Shown: positions 25,782-40,177, counted from the first letter of the whole stretch. The stretch: DNA of 63,395 nucleotides, filler included, from Collodictyon triciliatum (GCA_043381765.1; 11 parts of 11 records of this genome joined end to end with filler, not necessarily neighbours in it), one strand, 5' to 3'. Numbers and translations are program-made. The notes: generated by a model from the letters alone, not told the origin.

Positions 25782-26375
25782 GACAGAGAAGAAGAGAAGA
25801 CGGCTGCGAAGCGCTACACAACAACGAAAGATATCACAGCCTTCAGAAACATGCAGCCAAACATCCGCCCGCAGTCTGCTGTCCGCCCCACATCGGCCCG
25901 AAGCACGGTTTTGTCTGCAACGTCGAAATCAGTAAAGTGCCTTCTAAAAAGACGCCCTGTTGCTTTGTATATTAATATTTTTTTTGAAAGAAAGAACATG
26001 AAAAGGTGGAGCGCAAAAGCTTGCCTTACTCAAGGGCGACAGATATACGCACAAGAGAGGCTTTTTTTCCCTTTTTTTCCATCGTCCTTTCCTGCGCTCT
26101 TGCTTAATCTCTTTTGAACAGGAAACGAAGCCAACACAGGCGATTCCGCCCGGCTACGGTGGCTTTATTGCTAATTCTCAGTATCATCACGGCAAAACAT
26201 TTGGTAACCTCGTCCGCATGTCTGATGATCTCAACTCAGACTACGCTGTCATGCGCGATCCTCTCAACTTTGAGGAGGTAATTGTATATATATATATATA
26301 TGAATCAGTATCTTAAAAATAATATATACCTGTTACATATTTGAGTCTATCTAGGTCTATTTTTATTTTATTTTA

Positions 26376-26467
<92 letters not shown>

Positions 26468-28540
26468 GACGTTCATGCTTCACCCACCACGCAGGTTCCG
26501 CTCCAAAAGACCAACGACTCGAAAGCAGGAATTCGTGGCTACACGGGATATTGCCCAAGAGATATTCGCGAGGAAGTCGGAAACTTTAAAATCACTGGAA
26601 ATAGAACAACGACCCCGAGAGTGTACCGACATACTTTGACACTATCCATGTTCAGCTTCGTTTCAAAACATGATCTACAAACAACCATGTGTGTTGTACA
26701 TTTTTACCAAATAGTTGTCTATCACAGCGGCACGCCTACACATGAAGTTCGCACACCCCCAAGAACACACATCCGACCAAGCTCTGCCCCTGTAAGTTAA
26801 TCAAAAAGAAAAAAAGTGGTGATAAGTTCGGAGAAAATATTTTATCCGCATCACATTTATAACTTAGTTTCAGTATATGCCATCTGTTTATGGTTTCCCC
26901 TTCACCAATCAATGAATTTTTTTTTTCCTTTATTCGATTCAAAGTGTAGCGAGGTTATGCCTCACCAATCAATGAATAAATGATGTAGTTGAGGTATCAA
27001 ACAGCGAAACCTCAGGGTTCCTCACCTCAGGCCCCTTCTGCTGGAGAAAACAAGGATAGGAACAAAAGCCCCACTATGGGAGCGCGTGAACTGGTACCTA
27101 TCTTTCTCTGTTTTTGTAAAATATTTCGATTTTTTCTCTTTCGCCTAGAGTCAATGCAAGCCATATTCCTCATTATTACATACACATTAGTTTAATACAG
27201 GAGACGTTTGGGGTGCTCATTTTGACAAGCTGTTTGAAAATAGAGTCCCGCCCAAGTCATCCAAGGTTTTTCAATTAAGTTATTTTTTATTTTTTTTTTA
27301 TTAAAAAAAAGCCCTAGTTTTCCCCCTCTCATTCTTCCTTAAATATTTTGTCATCCTGGAAGTCATTGAAATTTCAATAATATCAATAACTTCAACAGAT
27401 ACCTGGGTATGCTGGATACATTCCGAGTGAAAAGTTTGATACCATCGACAGCAACAGTCGGCAAAAGGTGACGGAAGATAAACGACATAATCTGGTCGAT
27501 CAGGTATGCAACTGAAGACACATCGTGCTATATTTTTGACCCAACGCAATTAAATAAACGAAAGACAGACCATTTAGAGTTTGTATTATTTATTTATTTT
27601 TATTAAAAAAAAATTTGATGTGTATCTGGTCTTCTAATCGGATTCTCCATAGACCTCGTCATCCACCATGCGAAAGGAAATCCCGGAGTATCTTTGTTAC
27701 TTGAGTATGAACCCCAAAGTAAATCCATTTGCCAAAGATGTGAGTGCTCCTTTAATCCACATATATGTACCTCATACATTTATTTTTCATATGTATTGTT
27801 TTTACTTCCTTTTTTTTTCTCCATAGATGATGTCAAAGTATAACGAGCCCTCCAAACAGCCAATCAGCATGGGTAATGAAAGTGAACACCATTATGTCTA
27901 CTACATTTCCACACATCTAAAAATTACAATCCCATTCCGTTTCCTCATTTGCCTAACCGCTGTCCCCCTGCTGAAAGTGCCTCCGGACGGGCAAAGGCCC
28001 ACCAGAATGAACACTTGGGTGGCTTTCGCCAATTCAAGAGATGAGGAATCGCTGAAGCCGACTGTGCGGCCGCCCACACACGTCCCGCTCATCCAGAACC
28101 ACATCAAAGGATACGCAGGTATTTCCCACAAAATACTTGCAAATATGTTTCTTTCCTTTCCCTATATTTCCTTTCCTTTCCTTTCATACATAGCTCCTCT
28201 AATAACACCCTCGTCTGTGTCAAAATAACAGGACTCGTCCCAGGAAACAAATTTGCATAGTGCCTTTTTTCTTTCCCTGTCTTATCTTTTGCTTCTTTTC
28301 TATCGATTTCCTCACAAATGGGCATTTGCAAGCAGCAAGGGCATGCCACAGGTTTTGTCCAGTTGTCTTGGGTTTGGCCCAATCCGCCTTTTTCTTTTCT
28401 CTTATCCTCTCTTTTCTCAATATCACCCATCTCCACCACTTCTTCATATGAAACCCCGTCCATCCGACTTCAATCAAAATGAGAATACCATGGACACAAT
28501 TGCTTTATCACCATCGTACTTCATGGCAGGGTCGAAGTAA
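25782..28540 (+). CDS. FAM166/CIMIP2-like (PGYxG-repeat) ciliary microtubule inner protein
   Basis: Repeated motifs in spliced exons: IPPGYGGFIANSQYHHGKTFG, IRGYTGYCP, IPGYAGYIP, IKGYAGLVPGNKF; start exon uncertain (possible ATG at 25593). Confidence 0.75.
26918..26961 (-). mobile_element. Family B micro-insertion (longest copy), intronic
   Basis: GGCATAACCTCGCTACACTTTGAATCGAATAAAGG-A(n) on the - strand with perfect 16-bp TSD TCACCAATCAATGAAT at 26902-26917 and 26962-26977. Confidence 0.9.
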
Positions 28541-28833
28541 TTCTATATGTACGTATAATAAACACGAACTTGATTCTCAGGAAATATAGTTTGTATCTAC
28601 ATCGCCCTGGCTGAACAGAATATTGCTTTGATTTCATCCAACAAATTAGAACCATGATTTGTGCAAAGGGTGTCGGGCAGAAAAGAAATACTCATTTTAA
28701 ACATTCGACTGGAAAATGCTGCGGTGTTGTGTTTTCTCATGTTTATTTCTCAACTTTTTTCCTTTTTCCCGCTTTCTTATGCTCGAGAAGGGGAGCAAAG
28801 CCCATAAGTTCAATCGGGCCAGGAGTGCCTGTC

Positions 28834-31727
28834 TCATTTGATGTGTTTCAACAGGAACTCGAGCATCCGGTTGCCGTAAGCGTCTGGGTTCATACACGAA
28901 ATACCTGCGCCATCTTTGCGCTGGATTCTATTACAAAAAAAAAATGATAGATAGGTTAAATAATAATAATTAAAACATGATAAACAATAAAATAAGGAAA
29001 TCACAAAAAAAAATAAAATAAAAATGATGCGGTCGTTTAGGCTGTTCGTAGCGATAAGGTACGATTTGTCTATCGCAAGTACTTGGTCTTCCAGAAGCGT
29101 TCAGACTTTTTCCTTAGATTGTAGTACTGCAGAATGTCAATAATTCCGGCAAAGTTTTGGGGGTAGCCAACTATATTCAGGATGTAGAAAGCCATGTAAA
29201 CAGAATGTGCTCGTTTGCAACACCCACGTAAGGTGTGAAAAGATTCATGCTTCTGGTATAATCACAGGTGATGCAATTTACTTGGAACGTCTGGAACGGG
29301 AATGCTGGTCACAGACAGTGCAAAGTTGGCTTGTTCTTGAGCTGCGCGACTTTTGAAACAAATTTAATTTTGTGAATATTCGATATAGGCGATGCAGAGT
29401 ACGACATAGATGTGGCGGTGCTGGGATTTTCTGTGCTAAGAATAAAAAATGATACTCAATATCTCCAATCCCAACAAGTAGACTGTAGTCCATAACTCCG
29501 ATGCCTTGCAAGAATTGGATGTCTGATTTAAGCTTTTTTTTTTTTTTTTTTNNNNNNNNNNGTTTGTTTTTTTTTAAAAATAAAAAAAAAAAATAATCCT
29601 TTTTTTTTTTTTTTTTTTTTAAGAAAAAGTAATTAATATATAAATTAATGAATCGTCTTTAGAGGATGAAAAAGAGGGCTCTGATGACATAAAATATTCC
29701 ACATTTCAAAAATACTTTTTTAAAAATATCTAGTTAATCGGCCTAAACAACAAAATTGTACTGTATCAATAAATTTTTCTCTCTGTCCCGGCGCAAACTT
29801 TAAATTCCCTTCGATTTTGACAAAGTCTCCATCTTTAAGTGTACCTGTACATATTTTTTTAACCATAAATCTTTCATAAGCGCTACAAACATGAAAAACT
29901 TTCATCCCTTTTTTTTTTTTTTGGCTCAAGTATATCTTGAATTCGGAAATTATGCAATTAGAAAGCTATATAAAACAAACCTTTTGGTGCTTCTGTTTTC
30001 AAATTTAGGATGGTTTGAGAGAATGAAGTGAAGCTTTGAGAAAGAGAAGAAACAATCAGTGGATAAGAAAGCGAAGAAAATAATTATGGAAGGGCCATCA
30101 TGCCCATGATCTTAATATATATATATATTAAATAAAGTGGTGAGTTACTTGAGTAGACTACCTGGTTTTGAGATCAGTCTTTTCAGGTACTTCACTATCG
30201 TAGCGATCGACAGTGGAGCCCTTTAAATCATACCTGCGGAGCTTGGAGCTGGGCTGCGGTTCAATAAAGATAAATTTTGAGATGGTTTCTGTTTCACTAA
30301 TTCAAAGTTACAGAGACAGAACACACCAATATGTTCCGCATCACCACGAGATATGCTGTCTGACCGTAAATAGTCATTGAATGCAAGCCCAAATACTAAT
30401 GAAAGGGTATAAACTTTATTAAAACTTGAAGAAAGTTTAATATAATATTTTATTTTATTTTTTTTTTATTAATTTTCGTTTCAATAACATACACGAACTA
30501 CAAGCGATTCAGGGTTTGCTAAGACGTGCTTGTAGTATAATGGGAGAATTTCTATCAGCGTGTTCTTTTCTTCCCATGTCTGCGATTAAAGGATTTTTAT
30601 TTTTTTTGGTTTATAAAATTATTTGACAGAAATTCTAAGAAAATGAAACGTAAAGATTAATATCAAAGAAGGACATAGAACGACATAGAACGACAAACAA
30701 ACAAACAAACAAACAAACAAACAAACAAACAAACAAACAAACAAACAAACAAACAAACAAACAAACAAACAAACAAACAAACCATAGTTTTGACAATAAA
30801 CTTAGAGTCCTGGGTAAAGTACAGAAAACTCCCACTTTTTCCTTCAGAGAAACGCTCGCGCATACCTGATGGACCATGACAATATTTTTTTTTTTGTATT
30901 CAACTCTAAATATAATATAACGCTATTTCGATCCATGGTTGTTCTTGAGAATGTGTAAAAGAAAATCTATAATTAAGCTTAAACCTTTGGCAGGTTGGAA
31001 CGAGTTCGTATAGCATTCGGTTGTGATACCACACGATTCGCGTATATGACGGAATACGCGCATAGCATAGGATTTGAAACGGAAGCGAACCCCAGATTGC
31101 TGGCCTCGGATGTTAAGTAACAACACTGGAATATTTAATTTGAAGAGAAAAATATGAAAAGGTAGAATTGTTCAGGCAAACTGAGTTTTCTTTTCTCTCC
31201 CTTAATTAATATCGCCTACATCTTCGATATCTATGAGAGCGAAGGCGATTGGTTCACCTGACTCAAAATCATTTTCCTTTGCCATCCCAGCAACGGTATA
31301 CTGTGGCCCAGCAGACATCTAGAATAAAATAAATTTAAAGAATTAATTTGAATTTACCATCTATGCAGATTTTGTGGTGTTATAGATGTGAAGAGCAGCA
31401 GGTTGACTCGCCTCTGCTGTTTCCATGATGCAAGAGGAGCAAGTTTGCATAATATCCAGCCGGCGCGACTCAGCCAAACCTATATGACATCCATATTATA
31501 GTTCTGATCCATCAATCCTACTCAATATGATATACACTGGATAATCTTTATTTTCAGTTTTGAACGCGAAAATATTCATTTTAATCTTTAAACGCCATAC
31601 ATAATACATAATTGAAGAAATTGACTTACGCAAAAGTGTATAGTCTTCTAGTGTTTGTTTGTCGCTCTCTGATGAATGAAATCTCCATTCCCAGACAATA
31701 ATAACGGGGATTGCTAAAGTGTATTCT
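28834..31727 (-). CDS. Phosphatidylinositol phosphate kinase (PIP5K), probably the C-terminal part of a GPCR-PIPK fusion
   Basis: Spliced motifs FKSYAMRVFRHIR, ERFSEGKSGSFLYFTQDSKFIVKT, RYDLKGS, TLKDGD, VMDYSLLVGI, GIIDILQYYNLRKKSE, ISCMNPDAYGNR; 5' end beyond the scaffold edge. Confidence 0.92.
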
Positions 31728-31826
31728 CTTGAAAAAAATGAAGATTTGTAACATACATAATAAACATCATATTTGAGTCATATTTTAACCTTCTAAACAT
31801 ATTGGCCTTGATGCGAAAATATGTCG

Positions 31827-31927
<101 letters not shown>

Positions 31928-32027
31928 NNNNNNNNNNNNNNNNNNNNNNNNNNNNNNNNNNNNNNNNNNNNTTAATTAATTAANNNNNNNNNNNNNNNNN
32001 NNNNNNNNNNNNNNNNNNNNNNNNNNN

Positions 32028-32124
<97 letters not shown>

Positions 32125-32178
32125 CCTATCTATCTATCTATCTACATTTTGATTGAACATCCTATTCTAGATATTCAA

Positions 32179-35100
32179 GCACGTCTGGCCCGTTTACGAC
32201 AAAAATCAGGTGTCCATAATGATGTTGCTTTAGCCGTTCAGTTAACTTACATTTAAGATGATTAGGTCACTACATACTCTTATTCATAGATTAGAAAATA
32301 TGATAGGCACGTGATTTTGCAAAGATATGCCAAGTATATATTCAACAACTGGAGAAATCAGGAAAGTTTCCGCACATATCAAGGCCACTCTTTTACCAGG
32401 GGCGTGGAGGAGAAAAGCAAGTCCAATACAGTCAATATCTCTTCCATACTCTGCAATTCTTAAATTAAATGAACGTACTTTTTTTTTAACCTTTAATTCA
32501 CGACCTCAGAGTCAGTCAAGTACTTATTTAAATCGGGTTGTAGCAATTTTTTATAGACAAGAAGTATTCTGAGTTTGATTTGTTTCAGGTTCATAGAATT
32601 TTTATGGATTCTCAGCATTTTTTCGATTCAAAGTGCATATTCTAGAGAGAAGAAGTTCCTATACTCAAAGCAAACAGTATTTGCGCCTCATTTACCAGAT
32701 GTCATCTCTTTGGTTAGATTTCAAAATGAACACGATTGAAAGGCATAATCACACCATGTTTTCCGCACTTTCTGTGGTATGAAAGAAAAATTAAATTCAA
32801 CTATCTGTATAGCTCAACAAGAAATCACATGCATGTGAGCTAGCTACACGAGTTTCCCAGGTTGTATTGAGTTAACTTATCCGGCACTTTCTATCTTGAA
32901 TATTTCGAGAAATTGTACCCTTATTATATTGATGTGTTATTTTCCTTACTGAGTAATGATCTATTGTGATTAGACACATATCATTATGCAGAGCAAAGCA
33001 TTTATTGAACAACTAAGGAAGACTAAGAACATGAAGAAAGAGTGGCAATCCTGGGTCGACTCTAGAATATCAGAGTATCAAGACCTCGTGCGAACTCTGG
33101 TTCGGCTTTTTATTTTTAAAATTTAATAATAACGACTATACTTTCCCCATCCATGAAAACCAAAATTTTAATTGACATAATTCCTCACAGTCGCATTCAG
33201 AATACTACTTTCAATTATCGTATGAACTAAATATAAATTTTATTTTCAATTATTGAAGTCATCTGAGAGGCAGGAGCAGAGAAAGTTTGATACGGAAGTA
33301 GATGCAAACATCTTCGAAGAAGCATACGTCAGTTGCATATGATTCATCTTTCCAAAAAAACAAAAAAACAAACATAAAAACAAGAAAACCAAACCCATAA
33401 AATACATATAAACATAAAAAGGTGTGCAAAATTTGGAATGCATTTAAGATTTGTTGATAAAAGAAATCAGAAAATAAGACAATATATCTTTTTCAAGATT
33501 ATAAGCATGCGATATTTGCAACATAAACATCAACCGGCTTAACAATCAACAAGGTTATTAAAAGGCAAAGGAGCTTGGAATCTGTCCGCTCATTCTATCG
33601 ATTCCTCGAAAATTTTCTTCAGTCAACACTAAAAACAAGACGTTTGTAAAACATTACCATTATTAACCATGGTATATTAAAATAAAACGAATCTGTTTTT
33701 TTTTTTTCAAATGAATATTTAGAGCTTGTTGACGATGTCATGAACGGCCGACCCAATCTTAATCGGCTCGAGCGTGATATGGTTGCTTACTCTATCCCGA
33801 GCGTTTTAATAGACTATATGAGAGGAATAGACTATGAGGATGAGGTGAATCAGAATTATTTTAAAAAAGAAAACATATTCGATTATATTTTAATTCCATA
33901 GCAAAGTCAAAAAATGGTTAAATAAAATTCAATCAAATCACAAATGCCTTTTCTTTTAAAATCTATATCGGTAAAAGGACATGCATCGATTGTCGGTGGC
34001 AAATCTTCTGCGAGCGTGGAAAATGTCTTTGACGTTGATGTCTAGATTTCTTGCAGATTTGGAGAAATCGGGAGGAATAAGTAATCATCACGCAATTTAT
34101 GATGCCTATGTTTCCTTCGGTGCCTTTTTTTTCCCCTCACGAGAGATATTCCTTGATAAAATTTTCAAAAATAGAGAAATTAACCAACATGACCGACGCT
34201 GTAACTGCATCGAGCTCCTCGTGCGAGCAATACCATGAAAGCCAGAAAGGGTTGGGTCTTATTGCTTTCTTTTATACCCTTCTCGTACCAAATAAATGCT
34301 GCTGTTATCATATCTGTGCCTGTATTGTGCCGATGGCATACATATATAGTATACATGCATGGAACCATGAGACAATATCACAGCAAATATGTCAAGAGTC
34401 GATTGATATTTTATTTTTTTAGTAATATAAACACTGTGCTATCGCCGTCGTGACAAATCAATATCCAACTAGGCTCCTAGCCGATATAGGACAGGATATC
34501 AGAGACTTGAATCAATCGATAGCCGGATTCACAATGGAAGTCGAGCGACTCTCAAATGTACGTCAAGATTTTCACTTTTTCATCTTTACAATCGATTGCA
34601 ATACTGATGTGGATGGATGGATATCTTTTGCAATCAACTCTTGCATACATAGATTTATTCCGAGAGGGCAACTCACGCATCAGCCAATATATCCGCGACG
34701 CCCAGTCGAACCCGAAAGTCTTTCATCTTTGCATGGATTTCTTTGAATCTCGGAAAAAAATTCCAAATACTTTCAACCCATCTTTTTCTTTGTATTTATA
34801 ATGGTATGAACCCAGGGAATATGGACTTGTCCCACCAACACCGCAAGTAACCGCAGGGACACACACAGAAAAGGTTTGATGTCGCCCAAACTTATCTATC
34901 CGCATTTATTATAAAAAGTAAGGAATGGATACTTATCAATCATATGAAACCGTTATTGCAGCTCTTTTATTTCACTATCCTAACTTAATAAAAATAAATT
35001 TTCTCTAGGAAACGATTGAATTTTATATGTCCCAAGACCAAAAGAGCTACCTTTGCACTGGTAACATTCCAAAAATTATGCCCCTTGAGCTGGATCAGTA

Positions 35101-37035
35101 CATAATTTTTCGTTAATTAAGTCCCAGTATTTTAGCTCATTTTGAAGCGAGTGTTTTCATGCTGAAAAAAACAATTTATTATTCATTCTAAGAAATATTA
35201 ATAATGGGAAAGAACCAAGTCAACCAAGTGCGAATAGTCTTGTTGATGCAACTCACCACCCTGGGGCACAAAAAAATGAGCCACTCTCGTTTCTACCTCA
35301 TGATGCTGGTTTCCCCTAATCATTTATTATTTCGAGAATAAAATTGACATTTTTAGAATAATATCTGATTTGTGCATGCTAATGTTCGTATATAATCACA
35401 CTAATTTCACCAAAAAATAATATCAACAATGCACGATTCATCAAATGATTATATTTCTCCTACTCAAACGCTATGGTATTTTATCCAAAAAATCGACACT
35501 ATTTACCTCTGTCAGAATTCAAGCCACTTAAGGGATGTCTTATTGACTCATAAACACGCCCATACATAACTTAAAATCTTGCAACAAAAAAAAAACAGTG
35601 TCAGAGTCTGCCAGCAGACGACAGCTAGATTTCAACCAGATGCAGTTATTATCACTTTTTATATATTTACAAAAAAATAATTTATACTAGCTTCCACATT
35701 CATCGAGCACACAATTTATACTCAGTTCTTGGGCTTTATCTTCCTCTGTTGACGGGTTTGAAATGTCACCACCCCGGAACTTCACCATTTACCGCGATGC
35801 AGGCAACCTTGTGCTGAATTCAAATTCCAAACCGTCTTCTAACCATACTGTTCGTAAAGATTCTCCATCAAATACTGTTATTTTTTTTTTAAAAAAAAAT
35901 ATCGAGAAATAAATACAAAGGCTGTGGTGAACTTGGCTATTTTTATTTTGCTTTCTTATTCACACCACTTGCTTCAATGCACATCAATGAATAGATCATC
36001 GATCTATCTAATAACTTTGCGACTAAAATCTGCACTTAATGGTGAATCAGAGCGTCCAGTCGTCCATTTCATCTGTAGGAACCACAGAAACTCGAAAATC
36101 GTTTGATGGAGCATCGAAAACTGCTCAGCGTTGTATGTTTCACATCAATTTGCAAAATTAATCAGACAATATTTATTTTTTTGTTTTGTCTTTTGCAAAG
36201 CGCACTCTCCAAAGATTGGCACCACATCCAAGCAGTTTGGCACGACATTCGGAAGGGATACTGTAATTGTTTATTCTCTTGAAGCCTTTCCGTTTTTCAT
36301 ATTTTTCTTTTCTATTTAACACATAGAAATATCGAGTTTACTAATCGGGTGCAAATCAGATGCCAATAAAAACAATCGATGGAAAAGGGCGTGTATCGCC
36401 AGGATACAGAGCAAACGTACTCAGCTCGCTTGAGGGAAACGTCGCTGCTCAGGTGAATTCAAGTTCAGTGCTGGCTCGGAGCCTGACTCCTGTTCTTTGT
36501 AGATTTTCTTCCAATTATATTGTTACCATGAAAAACCAAAGGACTAGATTTAATAAAGGCATGCACAATCGTAGCAGAGGCCAGCAACAAGACAGACATT
36601 CACCCGCTCGAGTAAGAATCGCCTCTCAAATATGAAAAATATCCAATGCGGATGTACTTGCATTCGTGTTTCATTTCGATTTATTTTAATGGGTTTTTTT
36701 TTGTGAAAGGCTCTACTTTGAATGTCAAGCGAGATGATATACGTCTAGACGATTATGATGGTACGTTATATATGTGAGAATTTTGTACTAACCTGTGGGA
36801 GCTTTAAGTCATTGTTGCTTTTGAAATCACTATAGATGCTTCCTTGGTCAATTTATCGCTGTCTTCAAGGCAATCGCACCACAGGGAACCATCATAAATG
36901 AATATAATAGTGTCAGTGATGATGGATTTGTATTTCTCTTACAGAAATGCAAAGATAAAGCTAACCGACGCTATATCTTATGTTCATATCCAATCAGTTT
37001 CGTAACCAACAAGGAGCGATAGGCTAACAAACATG
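32179..37035 (+). CDS. Large multi-exon hypothetical protein with coiled-coil segments (partial; may be more than one gene)
   Basis: Many short AG..GT-bounded open segments, for example FIEQLRKTKNMKKEWQSWVDSRISEYQDL and LLADIGQDIRDLNQSIAGFTMEVERLSN; no family recognised. Confidence 0.45.
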
Positions 37036-37369
37036 ATTGATGTAGTACCTTGAATAACACAAGAGAAAGTTCTTTCTTACATCTAACCAGATATCGAGGG
37101 GTATATCATCTTACCTGTGTACTCTCGTCTATTTCTTTTTCCTATGCGAATTAGAAAATGTGAGGAAGTTCATACACACAGGTTTATTCGACAAACTTGA
37201 TGATATTTCTGATCTTTACGCGACTTGTTTTTGTCTTTGTCTTTGTTGCTGTAACTGATGTCACGCTGTAACTGTGGATTTTCTTCGGTCCTATCCAAGG
37301 TTTGTACATGATTGCTCGCTTAAGATATCGCTAACATATAGTCCAGTTTACTGGGTCTCTTCAGGATAA

Positions 37370-37796
37370 TTTTTATTCTTCCTTTCAACTTTGTGCAGGA
37401 TGGTGAAGATGTTTGCTTTGATTCTCTAGCCATTGTTTGCATGGACGCTACTTGGTGGCCGGGTGGCGGATAAGTAGTCGGTAATCAGGAATTGCATCCT
37501 GCGGTTTGGCCTGTAGCCCGGGTCTTGTGCTTGCATGATAGATACAAGGCGAGGTTTAATATCTTTCTCAGCCTCTTTCCACATGTCTCTTCTCACAGGG
37601 TCTGAGTAGTAGAGAACGCGCAGGTGGCGAAGAAAGCTATTGAGGAAAGAGATTTGTATGATGTCATTCAGCCTATTATCAGGAATGGGTGGCTGGTTGT
37701 TGAGTCTTGCTTTGCGTGAGTATATGCGTGCTATCCACATAGTCCATAGCAAATGGCCTCGCGTCACTGCCCAGAATGTTTTTGCATCTGGACGCA
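37370..37796 (-). mobile_element. L1/Tx1-like LINE 3' end (longest family A copy), cut by the scaffold end
   Basis: Open frame FWAVTRGHLLWTMWIAR...HANNG* (W..LWxxWxxR motif typical of L1/Tx1 ORF2 C-termini), then 3' UTR ...CTTCACCATCCTGCACAAAGTTGAAAGGAAGAATAAAAA. Confidence 0.88.
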
Positions 37797-37896
37797 NNNN
37801 NNNNNNNNNNNNNNNNNNNNNNNNNNNNNNNNNNNNNNNNTTAATTAATTAANNNNNNNNNNNNNNNNNNNNNNNNNNNNNNNNNNNNNNNNNNNN

Positions 37897-37995
<99 letters not shown>

Positions 37996-38101
37996 ATTTG
38001 CGTCCTTTGTTCATCCTCTGCGCATCCGTGCGGTGCGATAAGAAGCGCAGCCTCGTTCTGCCCTCGATATTGCCCGCTCCGAGCCAACCAGTCACACACA
38101 G

Positions 38102-38509
38102 ATGCATGCAGGCGGCACCGATGGGAAGGCCGAGGCAGACGCGTTCGCTGACCAGGCCCTCCAGCTCGTCCTCACGCGCAAGAACCGGAGCGGCAACACG
38201 CCCTTGCACTGGGCCGCGCTGAATGGGCAGGCCAAAGCAGCCGAAATCCTCGCTGCGCTGCAGCACGACCTTGGCGTGGCCAACAGCGCCGGGCAAACAG
38301 CCTATGACGCCGCCGTTGGGGCGCAACGCACGGCCGTTGCAGAGCTGCTTGTGCGTCTGGCCGAGGCGCGCGTGGCCAACATCGATGTGGCGGACTTGGA
38401 CGGCGAGGCAGACGCGTCCGACGCGGCAGAGGCGGCCGGCCAGGAGTTGGGCGGTCTAACGCTTGAGGAAGGGGGCGAGGGGGACGTGCCAGATGCAGAT
38501 GCGGCGTGA
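38102..38509 (+). CDS. Ankyrin-repeat protein, Yar1-like (probably the terminal exon)
   Basis: NRSGNTPLHWAALNG and NSAGQTAYDAA ankyrin repeats plus an acidic tail; preceded by CAG. Confidence 0.8.
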   Translation: MHAGGTDGKAEADAFADQALQLVLTRKNRSGNTPLHWAALNGQAKAAEILAALQHDLGVANSAGQTAYDAAVGAQRTAVAELLVRLAEARVANIDVADLDGEADASDAAEAAGQELGGLTLEEGGEGDVPDADAA

Positions 38510-39017
38510 TAAGACGGGCGGTTGAGCTGAGGCGCTGCGTCGATTCTTGTGTGTTGGATGCAAAGGGAATAAATATGAAAGTATGTTTGTGCGGTGGTTG
38601 TCTGCTTTGTGTTTGATTGTAATTGTCACTATTATCATTAATATTGTTATTAAAGTGATTTGGTTTGATTGTGGGCTTTATCTTGAATCAATTTTTGCTT
38701 TATTCTATATTTTATTTTGTTTTATTGCTAGTTTCGATTACATCTACTTGCCACCTATTTTGTTTTGAAATCTGGCTGCGACGTTTCAATTCGACTAATT
38801 ACGTGACTCCTGGTTTTTACATTTGATTTTAGTTTGTGAGTAGCTGTGTTTTGCCTTCAGTTATCCCTCCTATTTCTTCTTCTTTTCTTGTTTGGATTTT
38901 ATGTTTGACTTTATTTTTTTAATTATTTATTTCGTCTGCTGCGATTCCGTTTGGTCATGCTGGTATCTTTGTATGGTTGGCTGTCTGGTTTCTGGGCTGC
39001 TCTTTGAAAAGGCGAGC

Positions 39018-39281
39018 CTATTTTTTGGATATTGTGGAAAAGAAGGCGCTGGACTTGAGATACCGTTGGACACAGCGAGAGACGCAGGTGCGTTCGTTGG
39101 TGTCGAGTGAGCCGCTTGGCTTTGTGATGCATTTTTCCCAGCAGATGTCTGTGAGCTTTAGCTCTAACTTCAAGAGTTGAAGACTTTGTTGCTGGGCATA
39201 GATGTAGCGCTGTACTTCTTCTACTTGCTGGGCTGAGAGCTCCTCTGTATCGCCACTGTCTTGGTCGCCTTGGAAGGACAT
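39018..39281 (-). CDS. TIM8: Mitochondrial small TIM chaperone, Tim8-type
   Basis: 87 aa, intronless, twin CX3C: LTDICWEKCITKP...ERTCVSRCVQRY (Tim13 not fully excluded). Confidence 0.88.
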   Translation of the reverse strand: MSFQGDQDSGDTEELSAQQVEEVQRYIYAQQQSLQLLKLELKLTDICWEKCITKPSGSLDTNERTCVSRCVQRYLKSSAFFSTISKK

Positions 39282-40177
39282 TTTCTGTGCTGCGCTACGG
39301 AGAGATATTTTGTCGGAGTGTTGCCTGGTTAGACTACCGCGTGCAAAAGTACACTGGCATAGCTTCCATAAAAATAAGAAAGAGGCTATCGAAGAGAATG
39401 GAAAGTGACAGGAATCTAGAGCAGTACGGCAGAGTTGGAGCACTAGACTTGGGTCAGGGTAGTTTAAATGGACGAAGCGAGACACAGGTATGGCAAAAAT
39501 ATTATTAAGCCGCTGAATTGCAACAGGTGAGGTCACAAGAGCAGGTGGAAAGACAAAAGAACTGATATCGGGGGCGAGTATAGTCATTTTGGACAAAGAA
39601 ACGGCATTTAGAGAATCGTTGGTTTGCGGCTGTCTCAAGGTCTGCGCACACCGCCTTCGCGCCTTCTTACCTTCGCACCTTCTTGCGCACAGACAAGATC
39701 ATATTCTGATTAATCATATCGGTGGCCTGTGTGTGATCATTGTGGCCGCAGGGACAGATGATTGACTGTTTGTGGATACTATCGACTAATTATTACATAA
39801 GTGGAATATAATTGTTTTGTATCTTTTGAGTGCGTGTCTCAAAATTTACCGGATTTGCGCTTAGAATTAGTAAATGATTATATGCTAGGCATGCAAATAT
39901 TGCTGTAGTGTGGCCAAGGACAGCCGCGCAATGACTTCTGCAGTTTTCTCACATTTCATACTTTGATGTGGTAAATATTATGGTTTTTCTTTGACAAACA
40001 AATAGGAGAAAAAACAATTAAAAAGAGAACTTCCCTACGTGTCACTCGATAATGTTTGATTTGGATAAGGAGGGGAGAGGGGAGTTATCATTTATTGTTT
40101 ACTCATAGGCACTATAATTATGGCCATCAGAGGTTCACTCATATAATTGTCATCGGCTTTCATTTTCTCATTGAAAG

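Noticed and set aside
29050-29100. Apparent in-frame TAG in PIP5K (and TAA at 6922) suggesting stop-codon reassignment
   Set aside because: Both fall inside GT-AG segments whose removal restores the frame; resolved genes end in TAA, TAG or TGA, and conserved exons have no internal stops.
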